Shown: positions 12,565 through 25,090, counted from the whole stretch's first letter. The stretch: DNA of 62,776 nt, filler included, from Dirinaria sp. TL-2023a (GCA_051941275.1; 35 parts of 35 records of this genome joined end to end with filler, not necessarily neighbours in it); one strand, 5' to 3'. The notes: a model not told the origin generated them from the letters alone. Translations and numbers: made by a program.

Positions 12565-12699
12565 GATCTGCAGTTGCTTGATTTACTCGTGCAACGCTCA
12601 AAACGAGTGTGATCTTGCAGTTGCTTGATTTACTCGTGCAACGCTCAAAACGAGTGTGATCTTGCAGTTGCTTGATCTACTCGTGCAACACTCAAAACG
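12565..12699. repeat. 47-bp tandem repeat, about 3 copies, truncated by the contig end
   Basis: Unit GATCTTGCAGTTGCTTGATTTACTCGTGCAACGCTCAAAACGAGTGT. Confidence 0.95.
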
Positions 12700-12826
12700 N
12701 NNNNNNNNNNNNNNNNNNNNNNNNNNNNNNNNNNNNNNNNNNNTTAATTAATTAANNNNNNNNNNNNNNNNNNNNNNNNNNNNNNNNNNNNNNNNNNNNA
12801 CCTAGTCGCTGGTCGCCGCCCCCCCC

Positions 12827-14323
12827 TCACTTGGTTTTTGGGAGGGTATAGTTGAAGATTCGCAGGACGTCTGCAAATTCGGCGGCCCCTTGCTCCGCCA
12901 GCGTGGTCTGCGGCCCGTGCTCCGCCTTGATGGCGGTGAAGGTACGGAAGGGGCTTCTTACCGGCGTGGTGCCGGGCTCCGTGGGCTCGAGGTGCCGGGT
13001 CAGGAGGTTGACGTAGTACTACAAGACTTGATCAGCTTGGACGCTCCAAGGCACCAGCTGGCATGCAGTTTGTGAGGCAAGAGCAACGCTTGAACGCAGC
13101 TGCAAGCGGTTGTTCGGAGGGTGATAAACTTACTTCCACTACGTCTTCTTTCTTCCCCTGCCTCCGACCCAGCACCTCGAATGGCCACCACCGGGCCAGG
13201 GGAGAGATCCGTACCTTCTCCCCCGCCCCCTCCGCCGCGGAAACGAGCTCCCAGCGTTGCCTCTCACTGAAGCCCGGGGCGTTGAGGCCCGCGAGCAGGA
13301 GGTCCTCCAGGAGGGAGGGGGTCAGGCCCGTCGGTCCGGTGGTGGCCGACCAGCTGGCGTTTGTGGTGGTTTTCTTAAGGATCGTCACCAGGATCCTGAT
13401 TTGATCACGGCATGCCGTGAATACCGCGTCTCGTGTTTGGAGCGTAATGAGGTGAACGGCGTGCCAAGGGAGCTGTGAGGTGAAGATGACATGTTAGGCT
13501 CAGATGACTGGTTTCAGTAGGTGAGGAGATGGATGAGGTACATACCTTGTACAGAGTAGAGATCATGCACTCGTAAGTGCGCTGAGGGCATTTGGTGGTG
13601 TAATTTGACTATATAGTAGAATAATGGGTCAGCAAACAAAGTAATGAAAGATGGAAGAAGTCTTTGTTGCAGTTGCAGGCAGAATAGAGAACTGAGAGAA
13701 TTAGAGTATGAATGAGCCAGGCTCCTCCCCATTCCCAATTCTGGGAATCTGCACAGTATTGAAGTGGCACTCCATTTGATGATATGTGAGGCTCGGCTTT
13801 CGATCGAAGCTCTCGACCATTGCATTAGCTCAAGCTTGCACTTAGCACCGCTTTGTCGTAACGCGAGGCCGAACTCATGGTATGAACAATGACAAATCAC
13901 TCAGGACTGACTTACTCTCTGTGGGAACTCTGCATGCTTGGTCAACATCACCATCTCCTCTGCCGTCACAAAGCTCTTGAATCCAGTATTGTAGGGCTCG
14001 TCAGGCTGCATAACTTCCGGCACACCGTTGTTCCACTGGATGTTCTTTGCCTTAGGGAATAGATGCCTGAGTAGCTCATCTTGTGTAGCCATCTGGATTG
14101 ATGCAACCCTGTCACCTAGCTTGTGGATGTGGCCAAGTCTTGTCTTTGCGTTTACCGCCGCCTGTGCATCCCCGACACTGAAGAACTCTACGTAACAGTC
14201 CATGGTCTTACCCATCAGCCGATCCATGATGATGTGGATCGGAGAGCCTAGGTCGGACGTCACGATTTTGGCGTTCTTGCCCAGGAACGCCACGACCTCT
14301 TGCCTGGTAAGGCCATAAGGAAT
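12827..14323 (-). CDS. Conserved Pezizomycotina RRM-domain protein, 5'-partial, multi-exon
   Basis: Spliced reading: IPYGLTRQEVVAFLGKNAKI..IHIIMDRLMGKTMDCYVEF..KHAEFPQR | SNYTTKCPQRTYECMISTLYK | LPWHAVHLITLQTRDAVF..LLEDLLLAGLNAPGFSERQR..DVVE | YYVNLL..TLPKTK*. Canonical GT-AG introns lie between the segments; the last acceptor is less certain. Confidence 0.75.
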
Positions 14324-14621
14324 CTATGTGAGAGAAGAACATGTCAAGTCAGCCCCATGCAGCACGTACAGCGGTCTCAGTCAGGGGCACTTCACTCCAA
14401 CAATGCCAAATCCCGCAAGGCAGAGGAGGCACGAGCAGCAGCCATTTAAGTTAAGGTAGATCAAATGACCATATCTGAACCAAGGGCAAGGGGTAAGGAG
14501 CAAAGGAGCAAAGGGGCAACGNNNNNNNNNNNNNNNNNNNNNNNNNNNNNNNNNNNNNNNNNNNNTTAATTAATTAANNNNNNNNNNNNNNNNNNNNNNN
14601 NNNNNNNNNNNNNNNNNNNNN

Positions 14622-15440
14622 CTTCTGGAGGAATCGGATGGTTTTGGTGATCAACAAAAGCCATCGGATACCAAGAAACGCTTCCGAGAGCAGAAGAAGG
14701 TTATTGAAGTACATCAGAAGGATGTCGAGAGAATGGATAAGCAGGCGGAGGGGCTGTACACATCTGTGAGATGGTCGCAATTGGTGTGAGGATCGCATCA
14801 CTGATGAAAGCAGTTGACTCATCTTCTCGACCTCAAGCAAAAGCATGCCAACGCATTCGAAGCCCGGTTTGCCAGAGATCAAGCTGCCTTCACTGGTCGG
14901 CAAGGCCAAACCATCATGGTTTTTACCATCACGACCATCGTGTTCCTCCCAATGAGTTTCATTGCCTCAATATTTGCCATTCCTGTCCGGGATTTCCCGC
15001 ATGAAGACGGAGCGCCTTCAATCCCTTTCTCATACGTCTCGAAAATCATGTTTGGCGTTGGTCTGGGGATTTCAATACCCCTTATCGCCGTTGCATTTGC
15101 CGTCGATAACCTAGGTCTGCTGATCAAGCGAGCGCTGCATTCGTTAATCTTTTGGAAACCCGGTCCTCCGAGCTCGGTTGCTCGAAGACGTACATCTACG
15201 CAACGAAGCGACATGGATGAGGATGAACTGAAGATTCTAAAGCTGGGTAGGAAGTCCCAGGACACGCACAGGAGGGGATATAGCTACGAGACGGATCATG
15301 AAGGTGATCTCATAACGCGGTCTGTGGGGAGAACACTCGGCTACTCAAAAGATAGGAATTGGATGAACGGAAGCAGGACCAGCAGGGACTTGGAGAGAGG
15401 AGGCGGCGTACCCCAGAAGTACGAAAAAGGCCTTTCTTGA
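14622..15440 (+). CDS. 3' part of a protein with a CorA-like coiled-coil plus 2-TM C-terminus; intron 14766-14813
   Basis: Reads KDVERMDKQAEGLYTS|LTHLLDLKQKHANAFEA...QGQTIMVFTITTIVFLPMSFIASIFAI, the fungal CorA-like LDLKQK/FLP(M/L)SF signature. Confidence 0.8.
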
Positions 15441-16442
15441 ACTGCTCAAAGGGTCCTATCAAAACTCATCAACCTCGAATCCCGTTTACTGGATGTTAAC
15501 AGGCGCTTGCGTATGGTTCACCGAGGCCCAATGCACTGTACTGTCCTACTCCGCCTGATCTGAATCAAAGGCTAGAAATCAAACTCCTACGACTATCAAG
15601 ATCGACACTGACGCATCAACACCCTCGAGTAAGTCTATACCAAATCAGCTCTTCCTATGATCCCATGATTGCTCACCTAGTCTCAGACTTTAAGCGTCCC
15701 GCCGAAAATCCCAACTCAGAAAATTGCTAGGGTGTCTAGACCCTACCTCTCTTCCTGAGGCTGAAAACACCACGACGACAAGAATATCGTGGATCTACCT
15801 CGGAAAAAAAAAAAAGGGAGTCTACTACCAGGCATGGTGCGCAATTAGCCCAACCGATATCCCACTCCTCAACAATCATGCACCAGCCAGCCATCATCCT
15901 GCGACTCTCTCTCTTGTTTATGGGAGCTACTTATCTACCTCAATCTTCCTTGATTCAAAAACACGCCAGACGAAAACACGGTCCAAATTTCCTTGAAACG
16001 CAGATCAGATGAAACTGACAACTTCAATTTAAATCTCTAGCACGTTTCTCGATAAGATAAGCCAAATATTTATACGTCAGCATACATTTAATCTTACCCT
16101 AAACCCTTCTAGTTTCGAATTAAGTCCGAAGAAGCTGAGAACAGCAGCGAGAGAGTGAACCTAAAAAAGAGAGCTCACGTGAACACAACAGAGCTACTTA
16201 CCTACTTCCCTCTATTTCAACCCATCCATTTCATTTCCCGAAAAGTAAAAATTAAAAATCCATCTCAACCTCCCCCCCTTCCCTACTCCCAAACATGATC
16301 CATAGAAAAAACGAGACTACCTACTTTATACATGTATACATGNNNNNNNNNNNNNNNNNNNNNNNNNNNNNNNNNNNNNNNNNNNNTTAATTAATTAANN
16401 NNNNNNNNNNNNNNNNNNNNNNNNNNNNNNNNNNNNNNNNNN

Positions 16443-17051
16443 AATGAGTATGCACGAAAAAAGTGTGATAGTTGAAGACTTTAACTTGCATCACTCGTTA
16501 TGAGTTGACTCATTTTATCTCAGACAACATCTTTTGATCGATGATCTGCTGAATATCATGCGAAGCGTCGACGTCTCGCTGACGCTCTCGAGTGACATCA
16601 TAACGCGAAATTATCAAAGAGCTCAAATCATCATAGATCTGAGCTTCATCACAGACGATGTTGCTGACAGACTAATATACTGCGAAGTAGATAATGAAGT
16701 GAAAAATTTATCTGATCATTTATCAATACGAACGATACTGAATTTTCGTACACAGAAAAAGTCACAACGTCACTCTCGACGCAACTGAAAAAAGATGAAT
16801 GTGAAGAAATTCGACAATGTATTACGAGATCATCTATCAGAATCAATGTCACAAGAATTGACAAATCGTCAACGCATTGACGAGTACACAATGAAGCTAC
16901 TAAATGTCTTAAAAAAGACAACAGAGACATTCACGCTCTAAGTCAAATCGTATGAGATGATCAAAACAGCATGAACAGACGAGTGCACTCAGACAGTGAA
17001 AGAGACTAAACGTCTGCGTCGCGAATGTCGTATTTCGACAGACTGACAAAC
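16443..17051 (+). mobile_element. Hypermutated Tad1-like LINE ORF2, AP-endonuclease region
   Basis: VEDFNLHHSL* (=GDFNLHHPLW), IIDLSF (=TIDL) and SDHLSIRT (=SDHLPI). Confidence 0.9.
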
Positions 17052-18163
17052 TGTTATGATATCATGGGTATTATGACACTAAGGACTATAGTCATAGGAC
17101 CAGGACCATATTTATAGGACCAGGGTCCATGGACCCGGGACTTTCGTTCCTGGTGACTGCCTTTTCTTTCGCATGTAATTAGTTCATATAGCATATTAGA
17201 TAGTTTTGGGCAGAAATTGAACTTCATCTTCTTTTCCCCAAATTTTGATATCTTTTGATCGACTCTCATAATATTGATAGCATCAACAAGTTCGTTCTTT
17301 GTTTTGAACTTGACATCAGTGTAATTGTCAGTTCATACATCAGTACTAATTATTCAGTACATCAGTTCTCGTTGTCAATTGAGTGAGCCGCGAAGTCCGC
17401 GTCTGCTTCATCGTTCTATCTCGCTTCGATTGCATACCTCTTCGAAGACATTGTAAGTGCATCACGATTTGATTTTTATTCTATCGTGTTGCCGCATTTT
17501 ATTGTTGTTTCGAGTACTGTGCTCTAGAGTTTGATGATTTCCTTTTATCTCGCTGTCGTCGTGACATTGTCACATCGTCACTCTGACATTCACGTCATCT
17601 CTGATCATCATCTCGAATCTGTTGATGAAAGTCTTTCAGATAAGTGACTACTTGAAAACGACAAAGCTATCTTATTCGATATCTGAAGCAGAAGTCGTGA
17701 TGAAGAGCGTTATTCACGAGCAATTCCGTTCTGCAGTATTGCGGTCTGCTTTTATTACTCGCACTACGTAGCGTGCACGTTCTTTCGAGTCATCGTCTTA
17801 TTCTATCGAGTGATCAGTCAATCGTTTCAAGTTTACCGCGAATATCAAGAGCTTTTTAATCGATTACAATAGATGAAAAACAGAAGACGAGAGAGTCAGA
17901 TCTGCTGCGGTTACATCACCTAGAAAAGACTTTTCTACAGAAGCTACGTCAGAAAAACCTCCAAACGCACTCAATCGTCAGAGTTTCTTTGACATCAATA
18001 TCAGTATCGAGCTAGAAGCAGTCAGCAAGTTGATATTACTTTTCATCGAAATCGGCACTTTCGATACGAATTTTTTTTCTATCAACGCTGCTACTATGTT
18101 CAATCAAGCTACGGGCAGTAGTAATCACGTCAACAGCACTGCCGATCACGATAATCTCAATCT
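17052..18163 (+). mobile_element. 5' end of a Ty3/Gypsy element: 222-bp LTR (17052-17273), PBS-like site, decayed leader/gag
   Basis: The LTR is homologous over its full length to 51748-51969. It is followed by TTGATAGCATC (TGGTAGC-type PBS with a G->A change) and preceded by CAAAC. Confidence 0.85.
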
Positions 18164-18430
18164 NNNNNNNNNNNNNNNNNNNNNNNNNNNNNNNNNNNNN
18201 NNNNNNNTTAATTAATTAANNNNNNNNNNNNNNNNNNNNNNNNNNNNNNNNNNNNNNNNNNNNCCAATTTTAACGTCGAAAGCGAAAGCCCATCAAGCTC
18301 GTCAGCTCGATATCGGTAGTCCCATATTTCTGAGATTGCGAAACGCCACATATAACATGTACTGCCACGCTGCCGTAAACCTCGACGATATCCAAAAGAA
18401 AATAGGGGCGCCGCCCCAAATTTGAATCAC

Positions 18431-19326
18431 TCACTCCGCACACGCTTGGCCTCCACAATCCGGATCAGCATCATCAGTCCCTGCTCTGGGAGCCGCAAAG
18501 TCTTCTTCACACAGCACATGCCACAGATTATGCAGAGCATAATATGTATAGCTATCAGCATTAAACGGCGCTAGATCCTTGTTCAGGTTGTCATACACTT
18601 GCACGGGACCATACCCAATAGGGTTGCCGTTGGGATCCTGCTGATCAATGATAGGGGCCCCGAAAACTGACTCAACGAGACCATCGAAGTGGAAATACTC
18701 GTGGAGCAGGGTAGCGCCAAGCGTGTTCATCAGGTAGCTGACGTGGCCATTCATATCATCGCAGGTCGCGTACCACTTCTTGTCTGCATCATTTTGCGGG
18801 TCTGCACCGTTGAGAGCAGTGACGGCTTTCTTATTGAATGCGTTGTCGCAAAGGATAATCGTGGGCTTGTCAGTGTTGTGGTCGTGCATGTATGCTAGAG
18901 TCCTCGAATTGCCGCATAGATTCTCGGTGTCTTGGCGCTGAACGTGGATATTTGCGAGAAGATCGTTACCAGTTGAGGGATTCTCCGGTATGGTGGTAGT
19001 GCCGAAAGTTTCGAGAAAAACGTTTTTGACTCCGGCGCGGTCGCCTCCGTTGAAGTAATGTGGGAAGATGTCGATGTCATCATCGATCGAGTTCAACACA
19101 TATGCAGCGAGCTCGAAGGCATCATTGAACCCAGCTTCTACTTGATCTAGCGGGTTGGATGAGGCTCAGTGTCTGGGAAGTCATCGTCGCCTGTGCTAGG
19201 CTCCGCCCGTTTGGAGAGTGCAGCACGTGCAACGACTGATGGGTTAGGTGAAGACGACAGAGGGAGAGAACAGACATTGGAGACGAGAGAAGCGGCAAAC
19301 AATAGAAGTGAAATAGCTCGAGCCAT
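18431..19326 (-). CDS. Secreted HEXXH zinc metalloprotease (M35/lysine-specific metalloendopeptidase-like) with one apparent frameshift near 19155
   Basis: Signal peptide MARAISLLLFAASLVSNVCSLP, dibasic KR, LLHEYFH and NADSY motifs. The ATG-to-stop span is 896 nt, one base short of an open frame. Confidence 0.8.
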
Positions 19327-20081
19327 GGCGGAGGAATCAGAAAATCGAGGTAGTTAAGAATGGCTTTAATCCGGCTGGCGTTCCCTGGGGTCTCGATGAG
19401 ATCGATATATGTAATATTGCCTGTAATTGTCGAACTCGCTGCTCGACGGAAAGTGATAATGAGCGTGTTGCAACTTACCTATATATACTCATACTGCTGC
19501 TGGATCTGCCTGGCTGTTGGACATAACCCCACACCGAAACTAGCTGATCTCATGGCGCTGAAGATAGCAACCATCCTGCAGGACAGTCCTTCAACACCAT
19601 AACCCAAGGTTACAACAAGAATAAAGACCGAATCCGAAATGCCTATAATGAGGATTCTCATAGCGTGCAAGCACAGGCAATTGGATGCTAGGGGTCACAG
19701 GTCAGCTGAAGCACAGCATTGTGTGTCGTTCAAAGTGTGGATGCCGGATGGTTTGCATGCTACTCTCATCCAACTCAGATGGGAGGTTTCTGGAGTCCGC
19801 TCAGGATCATGATTATGCCTGCATGACATAGAAGAAGGGCGGCGATGGGGGCTGGGGATATTTGAAATCTCCGCACTCGAGGCTGACTTCAAATTATTCA
19901 GCCAATCACACGCTGAGTTGAGCGCTGGTGCTCTCTATGAGCGTTCCTTTTCACCTTTCTTAGAATTGTCAGCTGATGTATNNNNNNNNNNNNNNNNNNN
20001 NNNNNNNNNNNNNNNNNNNNNNNNNTTAATTAATTAANNNNNNNNNNNNNNNNNNNNNNNNNNNNNNNNNNNNNNNNNNNN

Positions 20082-21793
20082 ATGCTATACACACCATGCA
20101 CTTGATCAATTTCTTGAAGATTTGTTGAGCATGGGTATTCCGGATGAAGATATGGTACGCCTTGGGTCTGTCAATAAGGCGACCCCGAGAACTCGATCCT
20201 TGGCGATAAGACAGGCGACATCCAATGTGAGATTGAGCCGTGAACAGTGTCAAATACTTGACATGGCCAAAACCGAAACTTCAGATGAAGGTGACCGGTT
20301 GCGGCATGCCTTTACGAACCTTGAACAGGCTAAATTTTCCAAGGACGACATATTAGAGCATCTTGAATTTCGGTCTACGGGGCCTCCTTATTATTCCGCG
20401 TTTGAGATTCCGAGTGAGCGAAATGAAATGGTCAAGATCGGTAAGAAGGGGAAAGCTGTTGATCGCTTTTACCTGCTGGATCGCTGGTGGCGGGGGAAAG
20501 ATGCCGGGACGTTCAAAAAAGTCGCCGCGACTTTCCCGGAAGTTTGGGGAATGAAACCTATCGATCGTATCCAAGCTCGAAGATCGTGGGAATCGGAGAT
20601 GCTCAATGAACGTTTGGATGCTGTTCGCGAGTCAGGAACCCGTTACCATGATGCGCTCGACCGGATTAGCTCCGTTTATATGGAGAAAGACCTTGTCATC
20701 CTCCGGCAGAAGCGTGTGATCGCCTGCACGACCACCGCCGCGGCGAAGTATGTGCAACGTCTTAAATCGGTCTACCCCGGAGTGTTACTCGTGGAAGAAG
20801 CAGGTGAGATTCTGGAAAGCCACATTCTAACCGCGTTAAGCCCGGACACCAAGCAGTTAATCTTGATCGGTGATCACAAACAACTTCGGCCCAAGGTGCA
20901 CCATGATCTCAGCGTGGAGAAGGGTGACGGCTATGATCTCAACAGATCCCTTTTCGAGAGACTCGTCCTGCGAGGTTATCCACACCACTCTCTTCACCAG
21001 CAACATCGAATGCGACCGGAACTGGCTGAATTTGTGCGAGATCTGACTTACCCAGATTTGATTGACGCGGACGAGACTAAGAACAGACCCGACATCCGAG
21101 GATTGCAGAAAAATATTGTGTTTTTGAACCACACTCAGCCCGAAGTCGACATGGAGAATGTTCCAGACTGGAAGGATAACACTTTTCCTTCATCCAAGCG
21201 AAACCCCTTTGAGGCAAAAATGATACTAAAATGCATACGGTACCTTGGGCAGCAGGATTACAAGACGGACAATATTGTGGTTTTGACACCATACCTCGGT
21301 CAACTCCGCCTCTTGATGGACGAACTTGGCAAAGACAGCGATCCAATTCTGAACGATCTGGACTCACATGACCTAGTCCGCGCAGGGCTGATGCCTGCGG
21401 AAACAGCGAAGGTAGCGAAGCCTCGAATCAGGATTTCCACCATCGGTAAGTTTTGAGATACCTGAGCGATCACTCTAGTTTCACTTAATCGTATATCTCG
21501 GTTGTAAAGGAGCTGCGCTTACAAGTCAAAGATAATTTTCAAGGCGAAGAACAGGATCTGGTACTCGTGTCCCTGACGCGTAGTGATTCCCGCCGCGATA
21601 TTGGCTTCATGTCTTCCCCCCAACGGCTCAACGTACTTCTGTCACGAGCTAGAGATGGCCTAATCCTCGTGGGTGATACAGAGACGTTCATGGGTTCCAA
21701 GAAGGGGGGTGAACTTTGGACGCGCTTTGTGAAAATGCTCAAAGATAGAAATTACATCTTTGACGGACTCCCCGTCAAGTGTGAAAGGCATCC
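20082..21793 (+). CDS. ZNFX1/Upf1-like superfamily 1 helicase, internal fragment; intron 21446-21531
   Basis: Motifs CYTHHALDQFLE, VEEAGEILESH, LIGDHKQLRP, SLFERL, QHRMRP, LTPYLGQ, STI|DNFQGEE and RLNVLLSRAR. Confidence 0.93.
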
Positions 21794-21893
21794 NNNNNNN
21801 NNNNNNNNNNNNNNNNNNNNNNNNNNNNNNNNNNNNNTTAATTAATTAANNNNNNNNNNNNNNNNNNNNNNNNNNNNNNNNNNNNNNNNNNNN

Positions 21894-22947
21894 CTGCACC
21901 TCCACCCGCCCCTTCTCCAACGCATCCCGCACCCCATCCACCACCTCCCTCTCATCCATAACCTCGCCCATCACCACCTTCTCGCGCGCCCAATACTCCC
22001 TCCCCCTCGCTCCCAGCTCGCCGCCGTCCCGCACAAGCACGTTCTTCACAATCCCCAGCGCCGCCAATTTCCCTCTACTCTGCTCCATCATACGGAGCAC
22101 GTTCTCGACGCGCTCCGCGGGCGCGACGGAGGCCCCGAAGAGCCGGTTCGTGGAGGAGAGATACAGGAGGGCTGCGAAGATGGTGTCTGAGCCTGCGAGC
22201 GCGAGCCCGCGCACCGTCCGCATGCGCCAGTAGAAATGGGTTAGGTGTTGGGGTTGCAGGATGTGTGCGTTGGATTTCCAGTCCCGGGTCGCGAAGAGGT
22301 AGATGTCGGTTGCGAAGAGGGCGCAGCCGGTGATGGTGGCTGTTTTCCGCCACCGCTTGCCGTGTTTCCCCGCCACGCTGCTGCTGGTTGTGAGGCCGAG
22401 TATGAGGAGGTGGAGCAGGTGCGGTAGGGCGAGCACGGGGAGAGAGAAGTATAGGTAGCTGGCGGGATCGTCGGAGCTGCAGAACGGGCAGTAAGTCACT
22501 GTGTCCGGGCCGTAGGTCAGGTAGAGACATCGCGCGTCGATGGATGCGAGGCGCGGTTTTAGGAGCTCGTCCGATGCTGTTAGGGTTTTGTTTGGGCGTA
22601 GGGAGGCGAGGCGGGTGAAGAGCACGTCGTTCGGCGTTTGCAGTCGTGAGGAGGTCGCGAGCAGGATGTTTTCGGGGGAGAAGATGGGGAGGGTGGAGAG
22701 CAGGAAGAGGAGGGCGGAGATGAAGAGGATGTTTAAGGACCTTTTCACGCGTGCTGGTGGAGCTGTGATGGGGAGGCGGGAGGAGGATGCTGCGCTGGCT
22801 CGCTGGGTGCGCCAGTAGGATATTAGGCGGGGCAGGAGGAGGGGACCGAGGGTGAAGAGGAGGGTTTGGAGACTGGGGGAGTGTTAGTAGAGGTTATATC
22901 TTTGGGATAGTAGGGGAAGGGAGGAGGTACGTTGTTATGCTGACCAT
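21894..22947 (-). CDS. Conserved fungal multi-pass membrane protein, 3'-partial; exons 22947-22931 and 22872-<21894
   Basis: Reads MVSITT|LQTLLFTLGPLLLPRLISYWR...ENILLATSSRLQTPNDVLFTRL...YLTYGPDTVTYCPFC. A 58-nt intron GTACCT..CTAAC..CAG; long GC-rich open frame. Confidence 0.8.
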
Positions 22948-23879
22948 GATGGCGATGGGTGAGATGTTATCGCTGTATCATGGCAAAGAAAATTATTGTA
23001 GAAGGAGGCTCAATAATCATATTTGAATTGCGCATTTTTCTCGGGAAGACACGTTCATGTCGCATATTATTTTTGCGGCTCTAGTCATCCCTGCGCAGAT
23101 CTGCTGATCCCAGCTTCTTTCCAGAAAAATAATAACTTTCGAATCGCTATCCAAATCACTGTTTGTTTTGTTCAACGATATTATTGCTCGACTCGATGGG
23201 AAAAGCATACCAGATCCTGATGGATCGTAGTCTTGAGCACATTATACATAGTATCGAACTTCTCTTTTGTTTCAAAGCAGGTACTATATAACTCCTGGTA
23301 GTAGCCTCTCCACGTGCTGGATTTTCAGAGCTCATTCATAGGAGGGAAGAAAAAAAAAAAAAAAACCGGCACTTTCGAAGCTTTAGCGATCTCTATTCTC
23401 CATGATCATCTAAAGTCAAAAAGAACATGCCTAGAGGAATCCCTTGACCTGGCACACAGTCGGGAAAAAAAGGGCACCCTCACTTCGTGTTGCAGTCTCA
23501 CAGTCTCCACGGCCATGAACGAGTCTGCGTCAATAAGATGAGAGACATTTCTTCCGTATGAGAACCTTACATTCTCTATCTAAGCCCACTAGCATCGTAT
23601 ATCATNNNNNNNNNNNNNNNNNNNNNNNNNNNNNNNNNNNNNNNNNNNNTTAATTAATTAANNNNNNNNNNNNNNNNNNNNNNNNNNNNNNNNNNNNNNN
23701 NNNNNGCTCGAATAGTATACATGACAGTTCGCAGAATGACTGTCCGCGAATAAATAAACCGCAGAGCTTCGAGTAATAGTAATATCGAGTATATAGTAAC
23801 TCACAATTCCTCGCTTTTCTTATAAATGTTAGACAATTAATCACACACATACAAACTGTCAAACATAGATACAATTGAC

Positions 23880-24450
23880 CTCACAAACACCTCCTAAATC
23901 TGACACAAAAGTATGTCGCTTGACTGAGAATGCAAATCAACACGCATGCCGGAAGGAACTCCATAGAAGACAAAGCAGATCAACTTCTTGAACTCGAAAA
24001 CGAGCGCTGCATGAGCTCTCACACACAAAGCATCATGATAATTGTGTGGAAGGAAAGATGCTTGTGACAGTAGGTCGAAACCTTCCACACATACTCAAAG
24101 GGGCATCAAGCCTGTTGGAACTCTTGTTCGAGGACAGACTTGTTTCGAAACATTATCAGAACGTGTGCAAAAAGCTTTCAAGCTGCAAGTAGTTGGAGAC
24201 TTATCTACGAGCTTACGCTCACAAGGATCCAACATCGCAAATGCTTGAGATTGGTGCGGGAATAGCACCAGTCACATTCTTCCACCTCTTTTCGACAGTG
24301 AGCATCAAGACGATGAACAACGGCTTTTCCAAAACGACTACACTGACATATTCGAAAACTTTTGCGTAGATGTCAGAGAAAGATTTGCGATCGAAAATTC
24401 TCTTATCAATTCTAAAAGTCTGAACATCAAAAAGAATGTCGAAGGGGATT
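23880..24450 (+). pseudogene. Relic of a reducing polyketide synthase C-methyltransferase region
   Basis: Reads KYVA*LRMQ ... EGKMLVTVGRNLPHILKGASSLLELLFEDRLVSKHY...K*LETYLRAYAHKDPTSQMLEIGAG/(frameshift) TSHILPPL...NDYTDIFENF..VRERFA...KSLNIKK, matching HKNP-ILEIGAGTG, YTDIS and LDIEKD motifs. Confidence 0.8.
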
Positions 24451-25090
24451 ACGGAAGTGCTTTCGATGCCTCATGAGGTGAAATTGACACAAGCCATTAT
24501 ATTAGATTTTTGACCTCGTCGGCGCCAAATGCGACTATCTAGCAAGCACAAACTAGCTCAAAACATGCTGCCTCAAGCGTCAGCAACTCCCTCTATCTAC
24601 GCGGCCGATACCTGGAGTGGGTGACTGGGAAAACGCTTCCGCAATGCAATATCGAGTGCGATAATAAGCAGGCGATGAAGCAAAGTGGAAGTCAGAGAAG
24701 GTCCCGATGGAGCATTATATGTTACCTACCGGCAAATCCGGCACCTTGCCACCGGCACATCGGCAAGGGGACTGCCATGTATAATGCGAAAAGAACCTTA
24801 CTTTCGACCGAAAAATGTCTAAAGGTTTGCCATCAAGCTGGCAAGAGGACTGCCATTTATAGTGCCAGAAATCTCTGAAAGAGGCTCCGCCGCTCATGTC
24901 TCTAACCGCATTCGAAAAGTCTCCCGAGGCGGCAATAACGGCCACCCCGAGGTGGCAACAATGCTATAGCATCTAGACACTTCCCCCCTGCTCTGCAGGG
25001 CCCTACATTCTGGTTGCAGGATGGCTTCTGCACGCAACGACCTCGCTCGATGTCACGGTTCGAAACGTTCGGAAGCCATTGAATCCTAAC

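Larger units (their letters stand above)
11953..12699 (-). mobile_element. 3' end of an LTR retrotransposon: 234-bp LTR (11953-12186), polypurine tract and 3' UTR
   Basis: Termini TGTCA...TGACA. The adjacent TTACTCTCTCTCTTC is the PPT GAAGAGAGAGAGTAA on the minus strand. The LTR start resembles 32567-32617. Confidence 0.75.

Noticed and set aside
12289..12699. CRISPR array
   Set aside because: The variable parts are near-identical to each other (tandem repeats, no unique spacers), the context is a eukaryotic retrotransposon, and there are no cas genes.
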